Below are positions 37,094 through 49,600 of a stretch of DNA of 64,000 bases, piece after piece. The translations under genes and the position numbers were made by a program. This DNA is from Phaeosaccion multiseriatum (taxonomy: Eukaryota; Protista; Ochrophyta, other classes). The first letter of the stretch is position 1, and each line of letters opens with the position of its first letter. The stretch is from the NCBI GenBank assembly GCA_965112735.1, contig OZ218955.1, positions 558,001 through 622,000 of the forward strand, in the 5' to 3' direction. Below the pieces are notes generated by a model that was given only the letters and a program-made list of their open reading frames with translations, was not told the DNA's origin and searched no databases.

Positions 37094-38771
37094 ATGCAGC
37101 GGGTGATATCCTCCGAGGTATGAGGTGAATGTATGTTATTGTGAATACTTAATCTCATGACAGCACAAAGACAGCGGTGCAAACGGGAACGGTGCGAGCG
37201 GAGGAGGTGACTTGCGGGAATGAAGCCCCTTATCCGGCGGGGTGGAGTACGCTGCTAAGCTTCGATCCAGCTGATACCAGTCGCACTGACATCAAGCCCT
37301 TCGAATTGTATCCCTCTTCTCCACTGCTTTTGAACCCCCCTCCCTCTTACATCAGGCACAGCGCCTCTGCCAGGCTCTCCGGAGAAATCAGAACTTCTCA
37401 ACAGTGAGAGCGCTCGTTAGGAAGCTCGTCGCAAAGCATGGCAAAGCGAGCTTAGATCATCCTATTGACGAGGACGGTGGGACGGCTATGATTTGGGCTG
37501 CGGTAGAGGGCCGGCGGGATGTCGTGGACCTCCTGCTGCAGGAAGGGGCGTCCTTCAGTATCGGGGTAGGAGAGCCGGGGAGCACGCCATTGATTGTAGC
37601 TAGCGCGAGAGGACACGATCACATGGTGAGGCGGCTGTTGGACGCCGGAGCCGCCGCTGACCAACCCAATCGCGAAGGGGCGACGCCTCTGCTTATGGCT
37701 GCCCAGAATGGGCATTCCACAACTGTGCAGAAGCTCCTGTTGGCGCAGCCCGATGTCAACGCAGCCGCGAGTAGGGGAGTGACTCCGATATGGATGGCCT
37801 CTCAGAATGGGCACAGCTCCATCGTAGAGCAGCTCATCTCAGCCCAAGCGGACGTGAACAAAGCCGACGATGAAGGACAAACTCCACTCCTGATAGCGTC
37901 TGGACAAGGCCATGGGAGAGTGGTACAGCAGCTCATCTCAACCGAAGCGGACGTGAACAAAGCCGACAAAAGAGGAAGAACTCCACTCCAGAATGCGTCT
38001 GCCGAAGGCCATGTAAGAGTGGTACAGCAGCTCCTCAGGGCCCACGCCAAGGTGGACAAGGCTGATGACGGAGGCCGGACTCCACTTTTTGCAGCCTCGG
38101 AATTCGGGCATGCCTCTGTCGTGCAGCAGCTTCTCGATGAGCATGCCAACATGAATACAAAGAGTATTGAGGATATGACACCTCCACTCATTGCGGCGGC
38201 TCTGAATGGACACTTGGCTGTGGTAGACAAGCTCTTGGCTGCAGGAGCGGACGTCAATTCTATTGGCCCTGGTGGCTCGACTTCTCTTCAAGGGGCCGCT
38301 CAAGAGGGACACGATGCCGTGACGAAGCGCCTTCTCTCTGCGGGAGCAAGGGTGGACACAGTGACTAACGATGGCATAACAGCTCTCTTCCTTGCTGCAA
38401 GGAATGGGCACGAGGCAGTCGTCGCTCATCTCATCTCTGCCGGATCTCCCATCGATGCCCCGCTTTCGACGGGCTTGACCCCCCTATTTGCTGCCATCAT
38501 CAAAGGCCATCACCGCACTGCACGGCAGCTCCTCTCGGCTGATGCCTCGGTGGACAAGGCCCTGGCTGGGGCACGGCGGCTCCAACTGGGCCCCGACATT
38601 GAGCAGCGAATCAAAGACGAGGCAGCGGCCTTCTTCCGGTCCCAAAGCGCGTTGGACCTCATGCGTAGGAGCGACCCGACATTCGGCAAGGAGAGCAGGA
38701 CTTTGCCGCTGGAGAGGCCCTGGAGTGTTGGAAGCGAGACATGGGAGAGCATGGCGGAGGAGATGAGTTGA
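37094..38771 (+). CDS. Ankyrin array copy 10 (11 repeats, ~479 aa); array homology ends at its stop codon
   Basis: Micro-exon 37094-37117 + exon 37356-38771; ends EEMS*, followed by unique sequence. Confidence 0.88.
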
Positions 38772-40281
38772 AGGAAATAGTAGAGAATTGAGGAAACCGT
38801 AAGTGGGCGGGGGGGGAGGGGAATGGGGAAGGAGGGCAAGCACTGACACGATGCTAGCTCAAGCGAATAACGAAGCACGAGGAGGGATAACAGGACCCTC
38901 CGTCTTTCAACGAGCGTACGTCACGCTCTGCATGTTAGGGTAGTACGTAAGGTAGTACGTAAGGCAGTACGTACGGTCATCATGGCCGGAGAGAGAGCAC
39001 AAAGTCCAAGCAGCACCGTAGGCAGAACAAAAGAGCACATTGCTATATTCGCGAAAGTATCGGCTTTACACACTCCGACCGTCCTGCAGCCGCAAGCTCC
39101 AGCCCCTCTCCCCACCCTCTGCCTGCAGCTGTTCTAACTGACCGCTTTGCCTCACACACGCCACTCGAATGGGCAGGACATAGACGTACGCAAACTTCAC
39201 ACGGGCAGCAGGCGACCTCCTCTGCATCTCTCAACTTCAAAAGTCAAGAGAACGTGTGAGCCCTGCCACAAGCAACAACACAGTCACCGCTGACTCTTGT
39301 CTTCGTCCTCCTCCCGTCCTGCACATCGTCTGCCCTAATCCTACAACGTTGAAGCGAAGTGCCCGTCTCGATATCCGTAGCAACTCCAGAAATAGGACAG
39401 GGTCGCCCCTCGCTCTGCAACCGCCTGGCACGGGCTTCGCAGGTGCAGGAATGGAAGCATGGAGAGAATCGTGTGTTGGGGGGTGCATCCATGCCTGTGG
39501 TGCACAGCCAATCCTCACGCTCGGGCTACACTCGCTCGGTCGATCGTCCGCCACCTCTTGCCGATGCGACGGCCATTGTCCATGGCACTCAATGGCATCA
39601 GGCGAGCTCCCCCCGACTGCTGGGCCTGCTATACGGCGCCCGCGCCTTCTGCGGAGGAAGGAGCTTCTCCCTTCTCTCTCTGCTCCTCCTCTCCGTCCTT
39701 TTCCTCCTAGTTCTCCTTCTTCTCCTCCTCCTAGGAGAGAGAGGGGGGACAGGGAAAGCTCCATCAAGTTGCAGGGGTGCTGCGTGATGGCCAGAGTGAC
39801 TGTCACGATGATGGTCGTCGGGCTGCTCTGACCAATGCGACCCATTCCTCACCGACGCAATAGAAAGAAACCTCTTCTCTGCAGGATTATTCATGCCCAC
39901 GCCCACGTTTCTCCCCCTGTCGTCCCTTTCCTGCGAGTGCCGCGCTGTGAAGACCGTGCTGCCTCCCACGGTTGCGAGATTGGCTGGTGCTGTACCACCA
40001 GCTGCTGCCGCTGCTGCTGCTGCTGCTGCTGCCCAGTGCCGGCGTTGCGTTTGCCTCGCTCGCCGGGTTCTTTTTCGGTGGTGCCGGGGGGGCACTCCCA
40101 CGCATCAGTCTCCCCCGAGGGGCCCGGGGGCGAATAGGAAAAGCCACAGCGAGAGAGAGAGAGCACTTCAAGCAATGCCATCAGAGGTCAAAGGTGGGGC
40201 TAGGGCAGCTTCGAGGGGGGCAGGAGGCCCGACCAATGCCTTCGCTTCATGCCTCTCAACGTAGCCTTCCCTCTGCCAAGG

Positions 40282-41428
40282 CTACCTTCCTCGCCCCCTG
40301 CCCCTGCCCCTGCCCCTGCCCCCTCCCATGAGCTTCTGCAGCTTCTTCTGTTGTTCCCTCTCCCTCTTGGCCAAAGTGAATTCCTTCTTTGCCACCTTGA
40401 TTGGGTCCTGGAATTCATTCGACAGTAGTCACAGAATGGTAAGGACAGGGTCATGCACGCAAAGGGTTGACAGAATTAGTAGCTTCTTCGGAGCCTCCTC
40501 CTCCTCCTCCTCCTCCTCCTCCTCATCATCATCATCATCATCTGAGTCATCATAAACATCATGAGCCTGACCTACCTTGATGCACACATAGATAAAGTAT
40601 ATCTCTGAGTTCTTCTTCATGTCAGGGTATGAGAAGGCCTTGACGGTGGGCTTGGCGATGGCGTCCACGTGCACGTCCCAGCACAGCGCCTCATTGGGCT
40701 ATTGGTGATACAGCAGCAGGGGATGGGGAAGGGGAGGGCAGCGCAGAGAGTGTCACCAGAGAGTGGATAAAGGGCAAAAAGCGAGAGCGAAGGCGCCATA
40801 CATGGGGCGGCAGCAGCGGCAGTTGTGAATTCACCAGCAGCAGTTTCTGAGGGAAGAAGCTTCAAGCGCGGACGGAGAAGACGCATTGACACACGTACTC
40901 AACCGCAAGCACACACACACATACGCACACACACATACGCACACACGCACGAGTACATACACAAAGAGAGCTACACAGACTCGCATAACCCCCCCCCCCC
41001 CCTACCTTGTCGAGGTCGAAATTCTCGAGCAAGTGCAGCCTCTCCTCGGGCCCGGCGTAACTGATGCACACAAAGGCGCCCTCTGGAGTCAACACACGGT
41101 CCATCTCCTGCCAGGGGGAAGAGACGAGATGCCGTTACAGAATATTGCGCACGGGATGTAGAGAAGGCGGGGTTTGTGCGGCACTGTCTGCGGTGAGGAG
41201 GGACACTTGAACACTGCCCTTTGACTTGCATATAAGCGTATACACTTACGTGCAGGTACTTGTGCATGCGGTTGACCCCTCCCATGTGGCAGGCAATGGA
41301 GTCGAAGCAGGCCTTGTCGATGGCCACATCGAATTGCTGCAGCCCACACACACACACACACACAAATACACGCACACACACGCACACGCGCATACACGCA
41401 CACGGGGAGGGGGAAGAGGGGGAGGGAT

Positions 41429-41513
<85 letters not shown>

Positions 41514-44121
41514 GGCAGACGGGTATGCATGCGGGTAAACGGAAACGAGGGAAACGAGAGGGAAGAATGAGAAGGAGGGAGGTCTTGCGGAGTAGTCATC
41601 AGCAGCCGTCTCTTGTGTCAGAAGGGAGAGACGGGCGAGGGGAGGGGAAGGGGGGGGGGGGGGTGGCGCTTCCAGGCTCTCGCTTCTTCTTCACAGGTCT
41701 GCGTTCCTGAAGAACCAACAACCGCACAACAATCAACTGCACGTCATATACCTCGTTCTTGTAGTCCGTTAAGGTCAGGTCGATTGCCTTCCCTGCAAAC
41801 GAAAACACATGTGCAAAGCAGCAACAGCGCACAGACACGCACGCACACACGGACGCACACACGAGAGAGCAAGGATTGTTTAGAAGGCCTCAAGGGTACG
41901 CGCGGTGCGACTCGCTGAGGATGAGAGGTTCTCAAAATGGGGTGGCCCGTTGCTGACTCTACGACTCGAGTAGTAGCCTCATTCCCTCCTCCCTGCCTCC
42001 CTCTCCTATCCCCTCTCTCTCTCCCTCCCTCCCTTCCCACATGCCTCCACTCACACGTCATGCCCGGGTACTCGTCCTCTGGATAGAGCTCCTTCATCTC
42101 CGCTATCACCACTCTACTGAGATCGGCGTTGGAGATTTGCTCGAAACCCTCGTCGTACATGTCTCCCCCCATCTGCATACACATACACAGGCACATAGTA
42201 CAAACACACGCACACACACGCACACGCACACAACACACGCACACACGTATACGCACACACACACATACAAACACAGGTCAAGAGAGAGAGAGAGAGAGAG
42301 AAGGAGCGAGAAGGAGAGAGCAGAGCAGCACAGAGCAAACGGTGTGAGTTGTGATGGTCAGGGGTGCATAGCAGCCGCAGCAAGAGAGCAGAGCAGCGCA
42401 GAATACCCTTATCCCCCCCCCCTTAACTTACATACTCACTGTTTCACACCCTTACACTAACAAACCACCTACTTACCCGTACTTACCCTGTCATCACTTC
42501 CCTTATCTTCTCCCCCCCCCCCCTTCCCCCTGACTTACTGTGGAATTGCCGCAGCCGCACAGGAGGATGTTGTCGTCCTCTGAAACGTACTGCGTCAGCG
42601 AAGGAGCGAGATTCTCCCACGGCTGGTACCACTCGAAGGGCTGAGTAGGTGTGGGGAGCGGAGAGGTAGAGCGGAGCAAAGAGAGAAGGGAGGGGAGGGG
42701 AGGGGAGGAGTGGGAAGGGTATGGGTGAGTTGCTGGTAGCACTCGAAGGGGTAAGTAAGGGCGGAGGGGCGGAGCGCAGAGGGAGGGAGAGCACGCAAGC
42801 ACGCACGCACGCACGCACGCACGTACGCACCTCTGTTGACTTTCGGTAGCGCTCGTCCCAGAAGAAGGCCTGTCCGTACTCGACAGTGTCGGGGGGGACG
42901 GCGTCGTAGGCACTCACCTGCTGCAGCAGGGAGGGATCGATGCTTTGGGATGGATGGATGGATGGATGGAGGGAGGGAGGGAGGGAGGGAGGGAGGGAGG
43001 CATGGATGGATGATGAGAGAGAGTGAAGTGGTGACAAAGAGAGAGAGAGGGAGGGAGAGAGGGATAAACACACCCACGCAGAGAGAGAGGAATTCAGACC
43101 AGGGAGAAGTTGAGCCCGTTTCCAAGTCGGTCAGAGGGGCGTAGCGCAGCAATATGGAAGCAAGAAGGAGGAACAGGTGAAGAAGGGAGGTGATAGTGAT
43201 AGGGACGAAAAGAAGCCAGCCAGCACCACCTGATAACCGTAGAGTCAGTTTTGCAAAGAGGGCTCCAATCGAAATCGCTCGCCCAACTAAAACTTACCGA
43301 TCCTCCACGCTCTTCTGCATCTCAATCTCGTGACTGTCCTCGCCTTCCGCCCCCTTCTTGCCCTTCTTCCGCCCCCCTACCGCCTCTGTATCGCCTCCTT
43401 CCTCGTCATCATCGTTTTCTTCATACCAGTCATCATCGTCTTCCTCCTCCTCACTCTCAGTGAACAGCCCCCCCCCGCCCCCCTCGCTGCTCGACTGCTC
43501 CTCCTCTCGCTGCTTCTGCAGATCGTCCTGCTCATCGAGGCGACTCTGCAACTCCGCTCGTTTCACTAATGCATTCTCCTTCTGCTGTTTCTTGTGTTTC
43601 TTTGCTGCTGCGGCGGCTCGCTCCGACAAAGTGGAGCCGCTGGAGGCACTGCTATACCCACTCCTCTCTGACCCGGAGCCTGGCCGGGATCCTGTTTGCT
43701 CCGAGCTTACGTCCGAGTGCGCTGACCTTGAATCTGAACCTGACCCTGACCCGGATTCAGATCCCGACTCCGAGCCTGAACCTGAGGCTGAGGCGGAGTC
43801 TGAGCCTGAGCCTGAACCTGAGTCTGACCCTGAGTCTGACCCCGAGCCCGACCCGGAGCCTGAGCCTGACCCGGACTCAGATCCCGAGGAGGAAGATCCA
43901 GACCCTGACTCTGATCCTGACCCTGAGCTGGAGCCTGAGTTGCTGGAGTCGCTGCTCCCATCGCTCTCGCTCTCGCTCTCACTATCCTCCACCTTCTTTT
44001 TCTTTCCTCCTCCCTTGGCCGATGCCTTGCCTCCCGTCTTACCCCCCCCCTTTCCACCCGTCTTGCCTCCCCCTTTCCCGCCCTTCGGTGCTGCTGCTTT
44101 CTTCTTCTTGCTCCGAAACAT
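40282..44121 (-). CDS. Class I SAM-dependent protein-lysine methyltransferase, EEF1AKMT4/METTL13-N-like, with long low-complexity N-terminus
   Basis: Nine phase-compatible exons (44121-43298, 42942-42831, 42640-42539, 42172-42055, 41792-41752, 41336-41250, 41107-41006, 40698-40576, 40407-40282) give [67 protein letters not shown]. Confidence 0.85.
41430..41510. repeat. (CA)n intronic microsatellite
   Basis: Direct reading. Confidence 0.95.
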
Positions 44122-44473
44122 CTTTGCTTATTCCACTGTTTGTGCTCTGTCGCCTTTGCTTTTAACCGTGAAGGCAAGGGACGGAGGAGTTTGAGGGGAG
44201 CAGGAGGAGAGACGAGAGAGAGAGAGACGATAAGAGAAGGAGAGAGACAAAGAGACAGAAGGTGAGAGAGGGAGGGAGAGCGGAAAGGAGAGGTAGGATA
44301 ATAATCGAGATCGGGCGGCAGTTTAAAGGGGTTTCCAGGGCTGGGGTGGTTCGCAGCACGTAGTATGCCAACGAATTAGTGCGCCCGATCGATCCTCCCA
44401 AGAGAAGGATGTTGGAAAATACTGATGGGTTCGAAGAGTATTAATTTAGTGTCGCCCCAGTAGGATAAGCAAT
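44122..44473. promoter_or_regulatory. Putative bidirectional promoter (352 bp)
   Basis: Lies between divergent ATGs at 44121 (-) and 44474 (+). Confidence 0.5.
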
Positions 44474-46638
44474 ATGAGCAGCGCGACTTCTCCCGCGAGC
44501 GGCAGTAGCCCGGGGGCGAAGGTGCCATTCTCTGACACGAAGGACAGTGAGAGCAGTAGTGATGGGCAGAGCACAAGCCCTTCTTCTCGCCCAGGCGAGC
44601 AAGAAGCAGCGGTAGCAGCAGAGGCAGAAGTACCAGCTACGACTGGAGCGCCCGGGGGAGCGCGAGCCCAGGTGCAAGAACAAGGGGGTGGAGGGCGGCG
44701 ACAAGGAGGACAAGCAAATGGCCGTGCGGCTGCGGGTCGGCAAGCAGGGCGCCACAATGCGGGCGTGGGTGGACCTGCCGCACCACTGGGCTTCTACAGG
44801 TACACAGACACAAAATCTACGGAAGCTGATTGCACCTTGTTGCTGTGCTGTTGCGGTTCCTTCTGTAAACTGTTGGTCTCGCAAGAGACACGATCGAAGG
44901 AAATACGTTTGTCGTCACACGATAGCCCTCGCTCATTAGAAAGAGACTCCGTTGAGGACTTGAGGAGTCTCTCTCTCTCGCTTTCTCCCTCTCTCTCTCT
45001 CTTTCAACCCAGCCTCTCCTTCCCCGGCCTCTTTATCCTTTTTCACTGTCTCAGCGCTTCATCTCAGCAGGGTAGAAGCCGTCAGGCGAGCGCCACATCG
45101 GCAGCGACAGCAGCGGCAGCAGCAACAGCAGCGGGCGGTTCCGGGGGGGCGGGGGAGCCCGGGGGTGCTGACGGGGGGGGCAGTTCCCCTGAGTACAAGC
45201 TTCTGTCTCTAACGGAGCTGGTGAGTAGAAACGAGGGAGGGAGGGAGGGAGGGGTGTACATCGTTTTCGCCTTTCGTGCATGCATCCAAGGTCCAGTAGT
45301 ACCAGCAGAGAACCAACCCGAGGCGCGAAGTGGGTTTCTTTTTCTGTTTCGTGTGCGCTGTGGTGAAGTACCCCCCCCACCCCATTCGCAGCACACTTTC
45401 ACACCCGCTTCTCTGTCATCTCTCTTGTTTGTCTTTGTCTTTGGTGTGGTATGATGGTGTGACGCTGTGGCATCTGTGATTCCCCTTTCGGAGTACAGAT
45501 CGGTCAGGAGCAGAGGCGGCCCTCCTACCTGTTCCATGAGCACGAGGGGGGCACGGACGGAGGCGGCCTGGATGGGGGCGCAGGCGGGTCGGGAACAGGT
45601 GAGGGTATGAGGAGTTGGTTTGTGTGGATACTGCTCGAAACCCACATACCTCCCTGTTCTCCTCGTGTTACGTAACGTCACGTACGTCACATGTGCTGAC
45701 ATGACATAATGCTCAGGGATGCGAGGCATTGGGGCCGGGGCTCTGGCCGTAGAGGGAGACTTTCTGGGGGGCAGCAGCACCGTCCACCACCAGGTGAGTC
45801 ATACAGCAGTTGGTGATACAGCTATACACTTCTTTGGACTTAAAATTGCCGGGCCTGGAGCTACCCACACGCCTTCCCCTCTCTCTCTCCTCCCCTCCTC
45901 TCCCCCACCCCTTCTCCTTCCCACACTCCCTCTCCTGCTCACTCCCTCTCTCTGTCGCCCTCCCTCCCCTCTCGTCCTCTCTCTACTTCTCGTTTTGCTG
46001 CCGTACCATACCACCAACGGATGTGGGTGCTGTGACCCCCTCTGCCCCCTTAGGACGCACTCCAGGCGGCAGAGCACGGTAACTCTGTGCTCCTCGCGCG
46101 GTACCTGCAGGTTAGTACAAGGCCTAAGTCAGTGAGACAATAAGTCAGTGATACAGTAAGTCAGTGAGGCAGTAAGTCAGTGAGTCACTGAGTCAAGGAA
46201 GTAGGACGGGCGGACAGGCCGGGCAGATGGGCCCTAATTACACCGACTAACCAACCCTAATGCCCCCCCCACTCCCCCCCAAGGATGGCGGCACAGCGCA
46301 CCTCCGCTCTCGCTTGCACCACATGCGCTGGTCCCTCCTGCACCTTGCTGCGGGGTGCGGCACAATGGGAGGGCTCTCCTCCAAGGCCTCACTCGGCCAC
46401 GGAGGGGGCATGGGAGGGGGGAGGCGGCCCGTTTTAAAGACGTCACTGGGCGGGCATGGAGGGGGGCTGTCTTCTCTGGCCGGGGGCAGCAAGGGGAGTA
46501 GCGGTGGGAGTGCCCTTTCCCGAGGGGGGAGTGCGCTCGTCTTCCCCCCCGGGGCGTATCGCTCTCGGCCGGAGCCGGATTGCACGGACGGGTACAGCAA
46601 TTGTGTCATCATGCTCCTTGCGGCGGTGAGTTTTGAGG

Positions 46639-46683
<45 letters not shown>

Positions 46684-49600
46684 CAAGTTAGTGCGCACAC
46701 ATAAACGACATGCACATGCGCACCACACACACACACACGTACGCACATCCACCATACCCACATGTACACACACTCTGTCTCACGCAACACGCACGCACCC
46801 ACACACAAGGACGCACGCACGCACGCACGTACACACACATGCGTATGTAAGTAAACCCCCCTCCCCCTCCCCCCACCCCTAACGTAGGGAGCGGACCCCA
46901 ACGTACTAACGGATGGCGGTTACACGCCCCTCATGGGAGCCTGTCTGGTGGGCAGCGCCCCTTGCGCTTGGCTATTGCTTAGGGCAGGGGCGGATCGGGG
47001 CCGCGTCACGGAGGGGGGGGAAAACGCCCTTGACTTTGCTAAGGCACGTTTCCCCGCATCGCCGGCACATGGTGAGTGAGTGAGTGAGTGCGTGAGTGAG
47101 TGAGTGAGTGAGTGAGTGGCTGAGTGAGTGAGTGAGTGAGTGAGTGAGTGAGTGAGTGAGTGCGTTTGGTGAGTGAGTGAGTGTGTGACTGACTGAAAGG
47201 GAGGGGGTAATGTGGATGGGGTGGGGTGGATGATGGGTGTGGGAGGAGGAGGAGGAGGAGGTGGAGGAGGAGGAGGAGGAGAGGAAGGTGTGTGTGCGCG
47301 CGTGTGGGTGATTGCGGGGGTGGGTGGGTGGGTGTGGGGGAGAGAGGGAAGGAAGAGGGAAAGGCGAAATGTCTCATTCCCACTCACTCACCCACTCAAC
47401 CTGCTACTCTCTGCTCTGCTCCGCTCTCCACTGGTCCTGCTCGTACACCTCCCCCTCTGCCCGTATACCTTTGCTTTGGCCCTGCCCATATGCCTGCCCC
47501 TGCAGAGGCCGTGCTGCGTGTGATGCAGCAGCCCCCGCAAGTGGTGCCGCGCTCTCCTCTGCAAGTGGAGGCCTCGTTGCTGCCAAGGACCACCAAAGAG
47601 GGAGAGGAAGGTGGGCAGGGTTGGCAGGGGGCAGGCTGCTCTCTCTCTATCTCTATCTCTATCTATCTCTCTCCGTATATGCTCCTCTTACACCCACGAG
47701 GGCCTTCCCTCCCCTCCCCCAAACCCCCCCCTTCCTAACATTGCCTCTTCCCACACGCCCGCGCCCCTCCCCCGTATGCCTCTATCCGCCCCTCCCCCCC
47801 CAGACACCCCTTGTATCGAGGTCTCTTACTGCCTGCCATCCCAAGACTCCCTCCTGCCCGTGCGCTGCGGTGAGGCGGAGCGGTGTATCGTCGAGTGCTT
47901 GATTGCCCAGGTGTGTGTGTGTGTGTGTGTGCGTGCGTGCGTGTGTGTGCGTGCGTGTGTGTGCTCCTGCATTTGTGTGTGCGTGTGCCCATTGTCGAAT
48001 CGTGTCGAGGTGTGCCACACTTTCCCTACCTTGCCCCTTACACAAGGCAAGGGAGTTTTAGAGGCATATGGAGAAGGAAATGCGCCGCACCGTCTCGGGC
48101 ATAGCTCGCCTCTGACTCTACCCCCCTCACGCTCTCCTCCTCCCCATAAACCTCTAGCCTCCTCCCTCTCTTCACCCGCCCCTGCTCTGATGCCTCCCAC
48201 CACCCAACGCCTGACACCCGGTACCTGCCACTCCTCCCCGTTGCAGCGCTGGATGAAGGTTGTACAGACGAGCTATAGTATGGCTGGGAAGCCTCGGTGA
48301 GAAGGAGGAGGAGGAGGAGGAGGAGGAGGAGGAGGAGGAGGAGGAGGAGGAGGAGGAGGACAAATTGGCTCAAGGTTTCAGTTTAGCACGGTACTTAGTT
48401 GAGTCTGTAGCCCGACACAGCTCCTTCATGCTCTATCACTCTCCCGTTTATGTGTTGCGTTTACGTGGAAAGAGGAGGGTGAGGAGGAGAGGGAGAAGGA
48501 GGAGGAGGAAGCGAGGCAGGAGGCAGACGAGGTGTGGAGAGCGCAGATGAGTCTAATCCAATCCACCTCCCACTTCCCTCCCTCCTCCCCACTCCACTGC
48601 CAACCCTCTACGGTACTACCCTACTACCTTGCTGTCAGGCGGGACTTCTGCCGCAGCCAGTCCGTGGACAGGGGCGTGGCCCTTCGCAAGAACCTCTGTC
48701 TGCCGCCGCCGGACCACATGTCCACCATCATACACAACCTCACCCCCGGGTACGTACTCTTGCCCTTCCGTAAACTTACGTACCCCTTTATTTACCCTTA
48801 CCCTCCTCTCTCTCTCCCCCCCCCTATCGCATCTCAACCTAACTACCAGCAAGTCCTACTGCTTCCTGATTGCCCCTGGTGGCTGAGATCGGAGTCTTAC
48901 GCCTCCGTGACCCTTCCTCTTACTCTCGGTCTTACACCTTACTTAACCTTACATACCATCTCCGCTATTGTTTCGGATCGAACACTAACAGCAAGTCCTA
49001 CTCCTTCCGAGTGTCCCTGGTGGCTGAGATCGGAGGGGTGCTTAGCCAGAGCCCCCCTAGTCTCTCGAGCCGGTCGGTCGCCATTCCCAAGGCCAAACCC
49101 GACAGCCAATGGTCTATGGAGGGGGTTCTGTATGCCGTTACGAGAGGGGTTCCGGCCCGAGACAGAGACAGAGGCGGCGGCGGGGGTGGAGGAAGTGGTA
49201 GTATTGTCACAGATGGCGCGGGCGTGGCAGGAGGGAAGGACGCGAAGGTAAGGTCGGGTGCGATGGAGAATGACCTGCGGGAGAGGGTTTGGCTACCTAG
49301 TCGGGGAGGAGGGGAGCCGGCCACCGAACCGGACGATGGGTGTGTATGGGGCGTGTACCGGTGGCGTTTCTCGTCTCTTGTGCTTGGGCACCGCCCCCCC
49401 CTACCCCTCCCCGCTCTTGCACAACAATGACCACAGCCCTTGCCTCCCTCCGTACGTTGCCTCTCTCCCCGCTTGCCTTTCTCTCTGCATCTCACACTTG
49501 CTCTCTCTCACTCACTCTCTTTCTCTCTCCTTCCCCCTGCTCTCTCTCACTCACTCTCTTTCTCTCTCTCTCTGCATCTCACCCTTGCTCTCTCTCACTC

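Larger units (their letters stand above)
3595..38771 (+). repeat. Tandem array of 10 ankyrin-gene units (~3.3-3.6 kb period)
   Basis: ATG positions 4026, 7444, 10734, 14123, 17721, 21067, 27133, 30518, 33826, 37094; intergenic DNA is also repeated; the 6066-bp gap contains the TIR insertion. Confidence 0.95.

Noticed and set aside
38880-40280. Several overlapping 80-200 aa ORFs in the left part of the core
   Set aside because: Low complexity, no consistent exon model or domain; a small gene cannot be excluded
40971-41599. CVCVCV/HTHTHT ORFs (also 46443-47387 and 62761-63369)
   Set aside because: Translations of intronic microsatellites
43358-44194. 278-aa + strand EPDP-rich ORF
   Set aside because: Antisense shadow of the S/G-rich first exon of the methyltransferase
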